Source of the DNA: Alphaproteobacteria bacterium
GTDB taxonomy: Bacteria > Pseudomonadota > Alphaproteobacteria > SP197
NCBI GenBank assembly: GCA_964291265.2
Contig: OZ219746.1
Span: forward strand, 256,001 to 320,000
Length of the DNA stretch: 64,000 nucleotides
Direction: 5' to 3'
Part shown: one piece after another, positions 9,355-18,550 of the stretch
Layout: the number at the start of each line of letters is the position of its first letter
How positions within the stretch are numbered: position 1 is the first letter of the stretch
Notes under the pieces: generated by a model
Told to the model about the DNA's origin: nothing
Databases searched by the model: none
What the model saw: the letters and a program-made list of their open reading frames with translations, nothing else
Made by a program: the position numbers and the translations under genes

Positions 9355-10712
9355 GGGTGTAGTTCTCGTATGGCGCAGCCAAGTCATTGATTTATCGCGG
9401 TTGTACGGTCGCGATGGAGCGGCGGGTGCTTGAGAGCGTGCACGCGCCTGGGTGCGAGCTCCTGGGTGCCTGTGCCGAGGGGTGCGCCGCGGATCGAGCG
9501 GGACGGGCAGAACTGGTTCCGTGTGGCGCCGACGCCGAAGACGATCATGACCTCGCTCGGCCCGGTGACCTTTCAGCGTGCGCGCTACCGCACCGGCGGG
9601 CACCGCCGGTCGCTGATGCCGGTGGACGAAAGCCTGGGTCTCGTCGACGACGACCTGACACGGCCGGCGGCTCAGCTCGGGCTGATGATGATGGTCCACT
9701 GCACGGCGCGGGAAGCGGAGGCGTTCTTCGACAAGCTCGGCGCCATGACGCCGTCTGTGAGCACCTTGCAGCGCTTGAGCCTGACCATGCAGGAGCGTTG
9801 GGAAGGTCTCGGCCCGCAGGCCCTGGATGGCATCCGGGAAGCCGAGGACATTCCGCAGGACGCGGTCACCGCCTCGGTCTCGCTCGACGGCGTCATGGTG
9901 GCGCTGCGGGCCGGCGAGGACGGCCGTAGCGAGGCCTGCTGGCGCGAGGCGGCCTGTGGCACAGTCTCCTTCCACGATGCCGACGGTGAGCGCCTGAAGA
10001 CCGTCTATCTCGGCCGCATGCCCGAGCGCGGCAAGTGCACGCTGAAGGTGCAGCTGGCAAGCGAGGTCGCGCATATCAGGCGTGAGCGTCCCGAGATCAG
10101 GATCAGCGCCATCGCCGACGCCGCCGCCGACAACTGGACCTTCCTCTCTGGTCTTGAACCCGAAACCGAGGTGATCGACTTCTGGCATGCCTGCGAACAT
10201 CTGCGCGTGGTGGCCGACCATGCAGCGGCGCCCCACTGGTTCGAGAAGTACCGCGAGATCCTGCGTCACGACCCCCGCGGCATCGACAGGGTGATCCGGG
10301 CGCTGCGCCACCTTCGCGACACCGCCAAGCCAGCGGGCCGAGCCGACATCGACAGGGAACTGGCCTTCTTCCGCAAGCATCGCCACCGCATGCGCTACCA
10401 CGCGCTGAAGCAACAGGGGATCGCCATCGGCTCGGGACTTGTCGAGGCAGCCAACAAGACCCTCGTCACACAGCGCATGAAGCGCTCCGGCATGCGCTGG
10501 CGCATCGTCGGCGGACAAGCCGTTCTCACCTTCCGCGCCCTCATCAAATCCGGCCGCTTCGAAAGCGCGTGGACCGCCATGATCGAGGGCGACAACGCAC
10601 CAGCCAACGACAACATCAACCCACATCACACCCAGGCGCTGGCCGCATGAGATGAAACAATTGAACTAACCCCATAATTTAAGACCATAACTGCCATACT
10701 AGACTCACACCC
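9355..10712 (+). mobile_element. ISKra4-like (prokaryotic Mutator-like) insertion sequence
   Basis: Imperfect TIRs GGGTGTAGTTCTCGTATGGC / GGGTGTGAGTCTAGTATGGC (16/20); 8-bp TSD GCTCAAAC at 9347-9354 and 10713-10720. Confidence 0.88.
9415..10650 (+). pseudogene. ISKra4-family DDE transposase, apparently frameshifted or truncated at the N-terminus
   Basis: SLDGVMV, IADAA, DFWHACEHL, IGSGLVEAANK..RMKRSGMRW; the MERRVLESVH segment is in a different frame from PRIERDG... Confidence 0.75.
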
Positions 10713-10729
10713 GCTCAAACAGGATCGGC

Positions 10730-11199
10730 GACCTGCCGGGACGTGCAACGTTGCTCCGGGGCCGCCGTGCTGCTCGTCCACCACGCACGCAAGAGCGCCG
10801 CCAGCCGGCCCGGACAGGCCCTGCGCGGAAGCAGCGAACTGCACGCATGGGGCAACACCAACTTCTACCCGCGGCGGCGCCGCGAAACCATCCTCATGAC
10901 CGTCGAACACCGCGCCGCACCCGGACTCGCCGATCTCGACATCGAACTCGCCGACAGCGACAACGGAGCCGCCCTGCAGCTGCGGCCAGGAACCCGTCAG
11001 CGCCAGGCCGCAGCCGCCAACCCCCGAACAGCGCATCGTCCAGGTCCTCTCCGCCGGCGATGCGCCGCTCTCGCAACACCAGATCCGGGAACACGCCGCA
11101 ACACGGAACAAGACCGTCGCCACGCTTCTGGCCAAGCCCGTCCAGGAAGGGCGTGTCGCGCAGGACGGTCCCGGTGCATATCGCGCCGCCGAAGCCTGA
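10730..11199 (+). pseudogene. AAA_25/RepA-like helicase C-terminal remnant
   Basis: AVLLVHHARK...ALRGSSELHAWG; frameshifted wHTH-like tail (PEQRIVQVLS..PLSQHQIRE) ending in TGA at 11199; no N-terminus. Confidence 0.7.
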
Positions 11200-11420
11200 C
11201 CGCAGACGCGGCCTCGGGCCGAGGGGCCAGCCGCATCGCGAGGCGACCCTGGTCCGCCGTCCGCCGCCACCTCGCCGAAACCCGCGGTCTTCCGGCCCGG
11301 TGCGTGGACGCACGCCGACGCCGTCCCCGTCGGAGACCGTGCCGCCGAGCGCTCAGCATGCCGCCAGACGGCCACGAAGACTGGAACGACGTCCTCAAGG
11401 CACGCACCACAGCCGTCCCT
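11200..11420 (+). pseudogene. DUF3991/Toprim-like primase fragments of an integrative element
   Basis: VRRHLAETRGLP and P.GHEDWNDVLK fragments with a large internal deletion. Confidence 0.5.
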
Positions 11421-11692
11421 TCCCGGGCGCTTTCAAGAACCGTGCGGCAAGCGCATGGCGGGACAAAATGTTCCACAGCAAAGCGCCTGATCAAGGCATC
11501 ATCAATCGACTCGGCAGCCTTCAACACACCGATGAAAGTCCGTAGTATACCGTCAGGCCAGAGCCAGACCCAGTGGCCGTGCTGCCTGTCGTCCACATAA
11601 GGATCTTCCTCGATGAGTCCGCCGGACTCGACCAGTGGCTTGTCCTGCTCGGCCGCGTTCTGTCGGATATTTCGGAAAGGTGCTAACATTTT

Positions 11693-11737
11693 CTCCGAAG
11701 GCAGAGGTCACAGGTTCGCATTCTGCCGGGATCGTCA
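11693..11737 (+). repeat. 3' half of a degenerate tRNA-Arg(CCG) (attR-like relic)
   Basis: CTCCGAAGGCAGAGGTCACAGGTTCGCATTCTGCCGGGATCGTCA spans anticodon loop to a decayed CCA; core TCCGAAGGC also at 9041 and 9211. Confidence 0.82.
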
Positions 11738-11828
11738 CGTTCAATTCGCGGCCGGGGACAATACCGCGCGCCGCACGTCCGGACGGGCGCCTCGCAGAAC
11801 CAGGTTGGCACACGTGAAGGAGATATCC

Positions 11829-13049
11829 ATGGTTCAATCATCCGACATGCCTCGGCTCACCACCTGGCGCATCGGAGAGAAGGTCTACAGACCCTTCTCC
11901 GATGCCGAGATGACGCGTCGCCAGGACGCCGTGAGGGACTGGATGGCGGCTCACGACGTCGATGCCGCGCTGTTCACCTCGTACCACTGCATCAACTACT
12001 ACTCGGGATGGCTTTACTGCAGTTTCGGACGCCGTTTCGGAATGGTCATCACGGCCGATGCGGCGACGACGATCTCCACGGGAACCGATGGCGGACAGTC
12101 CTGGCGGCGCAGCTTCGCTGACAACATCGCCTATACCGACTGGCGCCGCGGCAACTACTTCGATGCCGTGAAGAGTCTGACGAAGGGCGTGCGCTGCCTG
12201 GGAATCGAGTTCGACCACATGAACCTCGATTTCAGGCGCGAACTGGAAGAGGCTCTGCCCGGCGTCACTTTCGTGGACGTCGCTCGGCCGTCGATGTGGA
12301 TGCGCACCATCAAGTCCGCGGAAGAGATCTCCCTCATCAGGGAAGGTGCCCGCACGGCCGACATCGGCGGCGAGGCCTGCGTCGAGGCAGTGGCCGCCGG
12401 TGTGCCTGAACACGAGGTGGCGATCGCGGTCACCGATGCGATGATCCGCGAGATTGCCGGCAACCACCCCTATGTCGAGCCGATGGAGACCTGGGCCTGG
12501 GTACAGTCCGGAATCAACACCGACGGCGCCCACAATCCGGTGACCAACCGTGTGATCGAGTCGGGGGACATCCTCAGCCTGAACGCGTTTCCGATGATCT
12601 TCGGGTACTACACCGCCCTCGAACGGACCCTGTTCTGCGACCATGCCAGTGACGTTCAACTCGACCTGTGGCAAAAGAACGTCGCGGTGCACAGACGTGG
12701 CATCGAACTCATCCGTCCCGGGGCCAGGTGCCGTGAGATTGCCGCGGAACTGAACGAACTCTGCCAGTCCTGGGATCTGCTGAAGTATCGCTGCTTCGGC
12801 TATGGCCACTCCTTCGGCGTGCTGAGCCACTACTACGGACGTGAGGCCGGCGTCGAATTGCGCGAGGATGTCGAAACCGAGCTGAAACCGGGCATGGTGG
12901 TCTCCATGGAGCCGATGATCATGATCCCGGAAGGTCTGCCCGGCGCCGGAGGCTACCGTGAACACGACATCCTTGTGATCCACGAGGACGGAGCAGAGAA
13001 CATCACGCGTTTCCCCTTCGGTCCCGAACACAACATCATCCGGAACTGA
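11829..13049 (+). CDS. creatinase (creatine amidinohydrolase)
   Basis: FTSYHCINYYSG, FGR, QSGINTDGAHNPVT, GYYTALERT, GYGHSFGVLSHYYGREAG, GGYREHD; AAGGAG RBS. Confidence 0.9.
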   Translation: MVQSSDMPRLTTWRIGEKVYRPFSDAEMTRRQDAVRDWMAAHDVDAALFTSYHCINYYSGWLYCSFGRRFGMVITADAATTISTGTDGGQSWRRSFADNIAYTDWRRGNYFDAVKSLTKGVRCLGIEFDHMNLDFRRELEEALPGVTFVDVARPSMWMRTIKSAEEISLIREGARTADIGGEACVEAVAAGVPEHEVAIAVTDAMIREIAGNHPYVEPMETWAWVQSGINTDGAHNPVTNRVIESGDILSLNAFPMIFGYYTALERTLFCDHASDVQLDLWQKNVAVHRRGIELIRPGARCREIAAELNELCQSWDLLKYRCFGYGHSFGVLSHYYGREAGVELREDVETELKPGMVVSMEPMIMIPEGLPGAGGYREHDILVIHEDGAENITRFPFGPEHNIIRN

Positions 13050-13065
13050 AGGGTTGCCCGGCATC

Positions 13066-14307
13066 ATGGACTATCGCGACGAGGTGTACTTCGAGACCCA
13101 GCCGGAACGCGAGATCGCGTTCACGCAGGCAGAGTTCGATAGCCGTCTCCTGCGGGTTCGCGAGGCGATGGCAGAGGCCGGGATCGACTGCCTGTTCCTG
13201 TCGTCTCCGGAGAGCATGTATTACGTCTCCGGCTACGTCTGCATGTGGTATCACACGGAAAGCCCCGTGGAATGGAGCGCTACCAACGGCATCGCCGTCC
13301 ATGTCGACCATGACCGCTTCATCCATTTCGAGACCGAACGCGAGGCCGTCCTGACGCGAACCTTCACGGTCTCGAAGGACACCCGCTATTTTCCCCGGTC
13401 GAGCTACCGCGACGGCACGGCTTTCATCGCCTCGGAACTGAAGGCCGAGGGCTGGCTCAAGGGTTCCGTCGGCCTGGAAATGCACGCGATGCGCCCCAAC
13501 CGGGCGGTGAGCGACCGCTTCCAGGCGGCCTTCGAGGCGGCCGGTGCGACGGTGGTCGACGGCAGCCGTATCCTGAGGGATGTGCGCTGGGTCAAGTCTG
13601 CTGCGGAAATGGCCTGCCTGAAGGAAGGTTGCCGCATTGCGGCCGCCGGTCTTGAACGGGCGCGGGAGGTTTTGCGTCCGGGGATCACGGAACTCGAGGT
13701 GCAGGGAGAGGTGATCAACGCCCTGGCGAAGGCGGGTGGTGAACTTCAGTCCATGATGATGCCGGTGCTCTCGGGAAAGAAGTCCAACGCGGCCCACGCC
13801 ATCGCCACGCGCCGCAGAATGCAGGCCGGCGAGACGGTGACGATCGACGTCGCCGGTGTCTGCAAGCGCTACCACATCAACTGTGCCCGCACCTTCAGCC
13901 TCGGCGAGCCGCGGCCGGACGTGAAGGATGTGACCGACCGTTCGGCGGCTGTCATGGACGTGGTGCGCGCGTGCCTGAGACCCGGACTGCCGGTGCGTGA
14001 GCTCAACGAGAAGGTGAAGGCCCACTACGAGGCTGAAGGACTGTGGAGCAGCCGCGGTTGGATCGGCGGCTACGAGATGGGTATAGGTTTTCTGTCGGAC
14101 TGGGTGGGGAACTTCGTCTACGACCCGCTCTGCGAAAAGAACGCCGATCGCATCTTCGAACCCGGAACGGCAGTCAACCACGAGATCCAGGTCTTCATGC
14201 CCCGCCATGTCGGGCAGTTTTTCGTGATCGAATGCCTGCTCTTCGAGGAGGACCGAGCGTTCATGGCCACACCCGAGGTACCCCATTCGCTGATCGTTGT
14301 CGAATAG
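13066..14307 (+). CDS. M24-fold hydrolase (Xaa-Pro peptidase/ectoine hydrolase-like), substrate unknown
   Basis: F...EF..R..RVR..M N-domain, VKSAAE, RYH...RT, GGYEMG; canonical dimetal ligands largely absent. Confidence 0.8.
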   Translation: MDYRDEVYFETQPEREIAFTQAEFDSRLLRVREAMAEAGIDCLFLSSPESMYYVSGYVCMWYHTESPVEWSATNGIAVHVDHDRFIHFETEREAVLTRTFTVSKDTRYFPRSSYRDGTAFIASELKAEGWLKGSVGLEMHAMRPNRAVSDRFQAAFEAAGATVVDGSRILRDVRWVKSAAEMACLKEGCRIAAAGLERAREVLRPGITELEVQGEVINALAKAGGELQSMMMPVLSGKKSNAAHAIATRRRMQAGETVTIDVAGVCKRYHINCARTFSLGEPRPDVKDVTDRSAAVMDVVRACLRPGLPVRELNEKVKAHYEAEGLWSSRGWIGGYEMGIGFLSDWVGNFVYDPLCEKNADRIFEPGTAVNHEIQVFMPRHVGQFFVIECLLFEEDRAFMATPEVPHSLIVVE

Positions 14308-14319
14308 GCCCCCGGTCGG

Positions 14320-15909
14320 TCAGTAGCCCAGCGCGATACCGTCTTTGCGCGGTTCGCTGCCGCCGGCGAGCGTTCCCTGCTCCCAGTCGATCCAGATCGC
14401 TTGCCCCCCGCCGAAGGGTTCCGGCGTGATGCCGAGCGGGTGACCGCGTTGGGCAAGCTCATGCATGACGTGACCGGGAATGGCCGGCTCCATCATCGCC
14501 ACACCGTCCTGATAACAGAAGCGCGGCAGATCGAGCGCTTCCTGGGGGGACATGCCGTAATGCAGCATGTTCTGGAGCACGTGCGTGTGACCCCAGGGCT
14601 GGTAGTCTCCGCCCATGACACCGAATGGCATGATGACTCTCTCGCCCTCCGTCAGCATTGCCGGAATGATGGTGTGCATGGGCCGCTTGCCCGGCGCAAT
14701 GGCGTTGCGATGCCCCGGTTCCAGCACGAACCCGCAACCCCGGTTCTGCAGGGTCACACCGGACTTGGGAGCGACCCTGGATGAGCCGAACGAGAAGTAG
14801 AGCGAGTTGATGAAGCTTGCCGCATTGCGGTCGCGGTCGACCACCGCGAGATAGACTGTCGAAGGAGTCGCTGGCAGTTCCGCGGGCGGAAGGTCGACCA
14901 TGGCCCGGGCAGGATCGATGTGCGAGCGCAGCATGGCGGTGTAGGCGGGGGAGAGAAGCGTGTCGACGGGAACGTCGGCCATGGTCAGGTCAGCGACATA
15001 GAGCGCCCGGTCGCGGAAGGCGAGACGCCCCGCCTCAAGGGCAAGGTGGATGCGGTCCGCAGACAACGGATCGCCGCCGGTATTGCCCCAATCCTCGAGG
15101 ATGTTCATCATGATGAGCGCCACAATTCCCTGGCCATTGGGTGGACACTCGTAAACCCTGTACCCGGCCATGTCGCTGCAGATAGGCTCCACGTACTCCC
15201 CTGCTGAGTTCGCGAGGTCCTCGATTTCGTGCAGACCGCCAAGCTCCCGGAGGCGCGCGACAATGTCCTCGGCGACCCAGCCTTCGTAGAAGCCGGCACG
15301 CCCGTGGTTGGCGATTTCCCGCAGCGTGGCAGCAAGAAGCGGCTGGGTGTGAATGGCGCCCGGTTCGGGCGCGTCACCGTCGACCAGGAGGATTCTGGCG
15401 GCATGGGGATCGGCGGCAAGGCGCCGGCTGGACGCGCGCCAGGCATCGTGAATCACCGGTTGGATCACGTACCCGTCCTTGGCAAGGCGAATGGCAGGCT
15501 GCAGGACTTCGTCGATCCCCATGGAGCCATGATCTTCGATCAGCCGGCACCAAGCATCGACCGAGCCGGGAACGGTGACGGCGTGCGCACTGTCTGAGGT
15601 GATCCGGGTGATGTTTCGTTCAAGGTACCAGGAGAGCTCCGCCCGCCGGGGCGCCCGGCCCGAACCGTTGTAGGCCACGATGCGCGAAGTCCCCCGGGGA
15701 GCGTAGAGGCAGAATACGTCCCCGCCGATCCCGGTCGACATGGGCTCCACCACCGCGAGCACCGCTGCGGCCGCGACGGCGGCATCCATGGCGTTGCCTC
15801 CGCTCCTGAGAACATCGAGAGCAGCCCGGGTGGCATCCCTGTTCGATGTCGCTACCATGCCGTGCTCGGCATGGGTGGTTGTGCGCGGTGGTGAGGGAAA
15901 TCCACGCAT
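14320..15909 (-). CDS. ggt: gamma-glutamyltransferase family protein
   Basis: GGNAMDAA, GIGGD, TVPG, autocleavage TVYL, KRPMHTIIP, GVMGG, EPRKDG. Confidence 0.92.
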   Translation of the reverse strand: MRGFPSPPRTTTHAEHGMVATSNRDATRAALDVLRSGGNAMDAAVAAAAVLAVVEPMSTGIGGDVFCLYAPRGTSRIVAYNGSGRAPRRAELSWYLERNITRITSDSAHAVTVPGSVDAWCRLIEDHGSMGIDEVLQPAIRLAKDGYVIQPVIHDAWRASSRRLAADPHAARILLVDGDAPEPGAIHTQPLLAATLREIANHGRAGFYEGWVAEDIVARLRELGGLHEIEDLANSAGEYVEPICSDMAGYRVYECPPNGQGIVALIMMNILEDWGNTGGDPLSADRIHLALEAGRLAFRDRALYVADLTMADVPVDTLLSPAYTAMLRSHIDPARAMVDLPPAELPATPSTVYLAVVDRDRNAASFINSLYFSFGSSRVAPKSGVTLQNRGCGFVLEPGHRNAIAPGKRPMHTIIPAMLTEGERVIMPFGVMGGDYQPWGHTHVLQNMLHYGMSPQEALDLPRFCYQDGVAMMEPAIPGHVMHELAQRGHPLGITPEPFGGGQAIWIDWEQGTLAGGSEPRKDGIALGY

Positions 15910-15933
15910 GGTTCCTGCAGCTCCTCTTCGGGT

Positions 15934-16428
15934 CTAGCGCTTTCTCGGCTGGCCGATGGCGCGGCCGGTATTGACATGACGTTCGATGGCGCCGTGTGCG
16001 AGCACCGTTTCCTGAAGCCGCGTGCGGACCAGGGGAAGGAACTCCATCATGGCACGGGTGTTGAGGTTGAAGCCGAGCGCCATCACCTCGTTGGTGGCCG
16101 CAAGATAGCCTTCTTCGGCGTGGCTGAGGCTGTGGAAGATGTGAAACCGCTTGGCATCGGCGGTGAGCGCCTGGGTGGTGACGACCACCGGGGCATGGAC
16201 CCTGAGTTCGTCCATGTAGTTCACATGGGTCTCCACGACGGCGTACTCGGCGCCGTCCCGTTCCTCGAGGGTCACGGGCTCGTTCATCCGGTCCCAGAAC
16301 GCCGCCGTCGCGAAATCGCAGATCAGCACGTAATAGGCCATGTTGAGATGTCCGTACTCGTCGATCCATTCGGGCTTGACGACGGCGTCGAGACGGAAGA
16401 GCGGCAAATCGCTGGTCAAGAGTGTCAA
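15934..16428 (-). CDS. hotdog-fold acyl-CoA thioesterase (4HBT-like)
   Basis: VKPEWIDEYGHLNMAYY, ETHVNY..EL. Confidence 0.85.
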   Translation of the reverse strand: MTLLTSDLPLFRLDAVVKPEWIDEYGHLNMAYYVLICDFATAAFWDRMNEPVTLEERDGAEYAVVETHVNYMDELRVHAPVVVTTQALTADAKRFHIFHSLSHAEEGYLAATNEVMALGFNLNTRAMMEFLPLVRTRLQETVLAHGAIERHVNTGRAIGQPRKR

Positions 16429-16517
16429 TCCTGCGTCGTTGCGTTGAACGTTCTAGCTTTACGCCGGGGCTGCTTCAACGGCATGATCCACGAGCGGCAT
16501 GCTGAGGAGAGTCGCTG

Positions 16518-17672
16518 ATGCCCCGTCTTCACGTTGGCGAGGAGGAACTGGCGGACCGCAGGCGAAGAACCTGCGACCGCATGCAGGAACTCGGGCTCGA
16601 CGCTCTGCTCATGTTCCGTCAGGAGAGCATGTACTACCTGACCGGATATGACACCGCCGGATATGCGATGTTCCAGTGCCTGGTGCTTCGCGCCGATGGC
16701 GATCTCGTGCTTGTCACGAGATCGGCCGACCGTGAGCAGGCCGCCTTCACGTCGATGATCCCGGATGTGCGCATCTGGGTCGATCGTGGCGGCGCCAATC
16801 CGGCTGATGATGTGCTGGCCGTCCTCGAGGAAAAGGGACTTCGCGGCGGCTGGTTCGGCGTCGAACTCAATGCCTGGGGCCTGACCGCACAGCACTGGGC
16901 CATGATGGAGCGGGCGCTTGACGGATTCGGCGCCTGGGAGGATGCCAGCGATCTCGTTCAGGCCTTTCGGCTGATCAAGAGTCCGGCAGAGCAGGATCAT
17001 GTCAGGAAGGCGGGTGTCCTTGCCGACGCCGGGCTGGAGGCACTGTACCGGATCATTGCCGCTGGCGTTGACGAGAGCGCGCTCTACGCCGCCCTGGAAC
17101 GAGCCATCCTGGAGGGCGGAGGCGACTATGCGGCGGGGCGGCCGATCATTGCCTCGGGCGACGGTGCGCTGCTCGTGCGCTATTTCACCGGCCGGGACAT
17201 CATCGGCGAGCATGACCAGGTGCAGCTCGAGTTCGGCGCCGCCTGGAGGCACTACCATGTGGCCATCATGAGGACGGTCCTGACCGGTCGTGTCGGCGAC
17301 CGTCACAGGATGATGCACGAAGCCTGTGTCGAGGCCCTTGCGGCCTGCCAGGCGACCGCGAGACCGGGCGCCACATTTGGCGACATCTACGATGCCCACG
17401 CCCGGGTGATGGATGCGCACGGGCTGAAGGACTGCAGGCTGAACGCCTGCGGCTATTCGCTCTCCGCCAACTACCCGCCGTCCTGGATGGAAGAGCCGAT
17501 GATCTACCATGGCAATCCGGCCCTAGTAGCGCCGGGCATGGTCATCTTCATGCATATGATTGTCCTGGACAGTGTCCGTCGGCTGACTATGAGCCTGGGC
17601 GAGACCGGCATCGTTCATGACGATCGCTTCGAAGCGGTGTCGTCGATGCCCCATGATCTGATCGTGAAGTAG
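16518..17672 (+). CDS. M24-fold hydrolase (Xaa-Pro dipeptidase/DoeA-like), substrate unknown
   Basis: QESMYYLTGYDT, IKSPAE, LEFGAAWRHYH..MRT, ACGYSL, FMHM. Confidence 0.85.
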   Translation: MPRLHVGEEELADRRRRTCDRMQELGLDALLMFRQESMYYLTGYDTAGYAMFQCLVLRADGDLVLVTRSADREQAAFTSMIPDVRIWVDRGGANPADDVLAVLEEKGLRGGWFGVELNAWGLTAQHWAMMERALDGFGAWEDASDLVQAFRLIKSPAEQDHVRKAGVLADAGLEALYRIIAAGVDESALYAALERAILEGGGDYAAGRPIIASGDGALLVRYFTGRDIIGEHDQVQLEFGAAWRHYHVAIMRTVLTGRVGDRHRMMHEACVEALAACQATARPGATFGDIYDAHARVMDAHGLKDCRLNACGYSLSANYPPSWMEEPMIYHGNPALVAPGMVIFMHMIVLDSVRRLTMSLGETGIVHDDRFEAVSSMPHDLIVK

Positions 17673-17684
17673 GAGAACGCAACC

Positions 17685-18527
17685 ATGGCGGCCCACCCCC
17701 TGAGATTGCCGACGGAAGAGGAGTGCGAACGGTTTCGCATCGACGGCGCCGTGGCCCTGAAGGGTGTCTACCAGGATGACTGGGTCGGTCTGCTGCGCCA
17801 GGGTGTCGAACGGGCCATGCGCACAAGTGGCCCCTACACCAGGCGCATCCAGGACCAAGGCGATCCTGTCTTCTTCACCGACTACGTGGCATCGGACCGC
17901 GTGCCGGAACTCCGCCGGTTCGTCCTCGAGGGCCCGGCCGCGGAACTGTCGGCCACGCTCATGAAGTCACGGCGTGCCAACTTCCTGTTCGACGGGGTTT
18001 TCGTCAAGGAACCCGGAGCCACCAAGAAGAGCACATGGCACCAGGACCAGCCCTACTACTGCGTGGCCGGCCGCCAGATCGCCGTCCTGTGGGCACCGCT
18101 TGATCCGGTGCCGGCCGATGTGTGCCTGACCTGCGTCCAGGGTTCGCACCGGTGGGGGGCGGCCTTCCGTCCTGTCCGCTTCCGCGACGGTGCCGACCTT
18201 GGCCGCGGCCGGGATGATGGTTATCACGATGCTCTTGATGTCGATGGCGTCCATGCGGAGAGGATTCTCGCCTGGGATCTCGAACCCGGAGATGTCATCG
18301 CATTCCACGGCATGACGGTCCATGGGGCGCCGGGCAACGCACAGGCCTCCCGGCGGCGTCGGGCCACCAACTCGACGTGGGTCGGTGACGATGCGGTCTA
18401 CGTCCGCCATGCCGGGATCATGGAACCCGACTTTCCCGATTGCGGGCTTGCCCCCGGAGACCCTCTGGACTGTGCCCGGTTCCCTCGCGTCCACGATGCC
18501 GACCGGGAACGTCCTTCGCCGGCCTGA
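17685..18527 (+). CDS. phytanoyl-CoA dioxygenase (PhyH) family Fe(II)/2OG enzyme
   Basis: KEPG, WHQD.PY, GSH, PGD...F...TVHG..GN. Confidence 0.88.
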   Translation: MAAHPLRLPTEEECERFRIDGAVALKGVYQDDWVGLLRQGVERAMRTSGPYTRRIQDQGDPVFFTDYVASDRVPELRRFVLEGPAAELSATLMKSRRANFLFDGVFVKEPGATKKSTWHQDQPYYCVAGRQIAVLWAPLDPVPADVCLTCVQGSHRWGAAFRPVRFRDGADLGRGRDDGYHDALDVDGVHAERILAWDLEPGDVIAFHGMTVHGAPGNAQASRRRRATNSTWVGDDAVYVRHAGIMEPDFPDCGLAPGDPLDCARFPRVHDADRERPSPA

Positions 18528-18550
18528 AGGCCCCGGACTGCCTTGTCACC

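Noticed and set aside
11470-11689. Minus-strand fragment resembling a MarR/wHTH C-terminus
   Set aside because: Too short and degenerate to assign; probably element debris
9009-11737. Functional split or trans-spliced tRNA
   Set aside because: The halves carry decay-type changes (TCA instead of CCA, altered T-loop, stem mismatches) and no complementary leader/trailer; an integration relic is simpler
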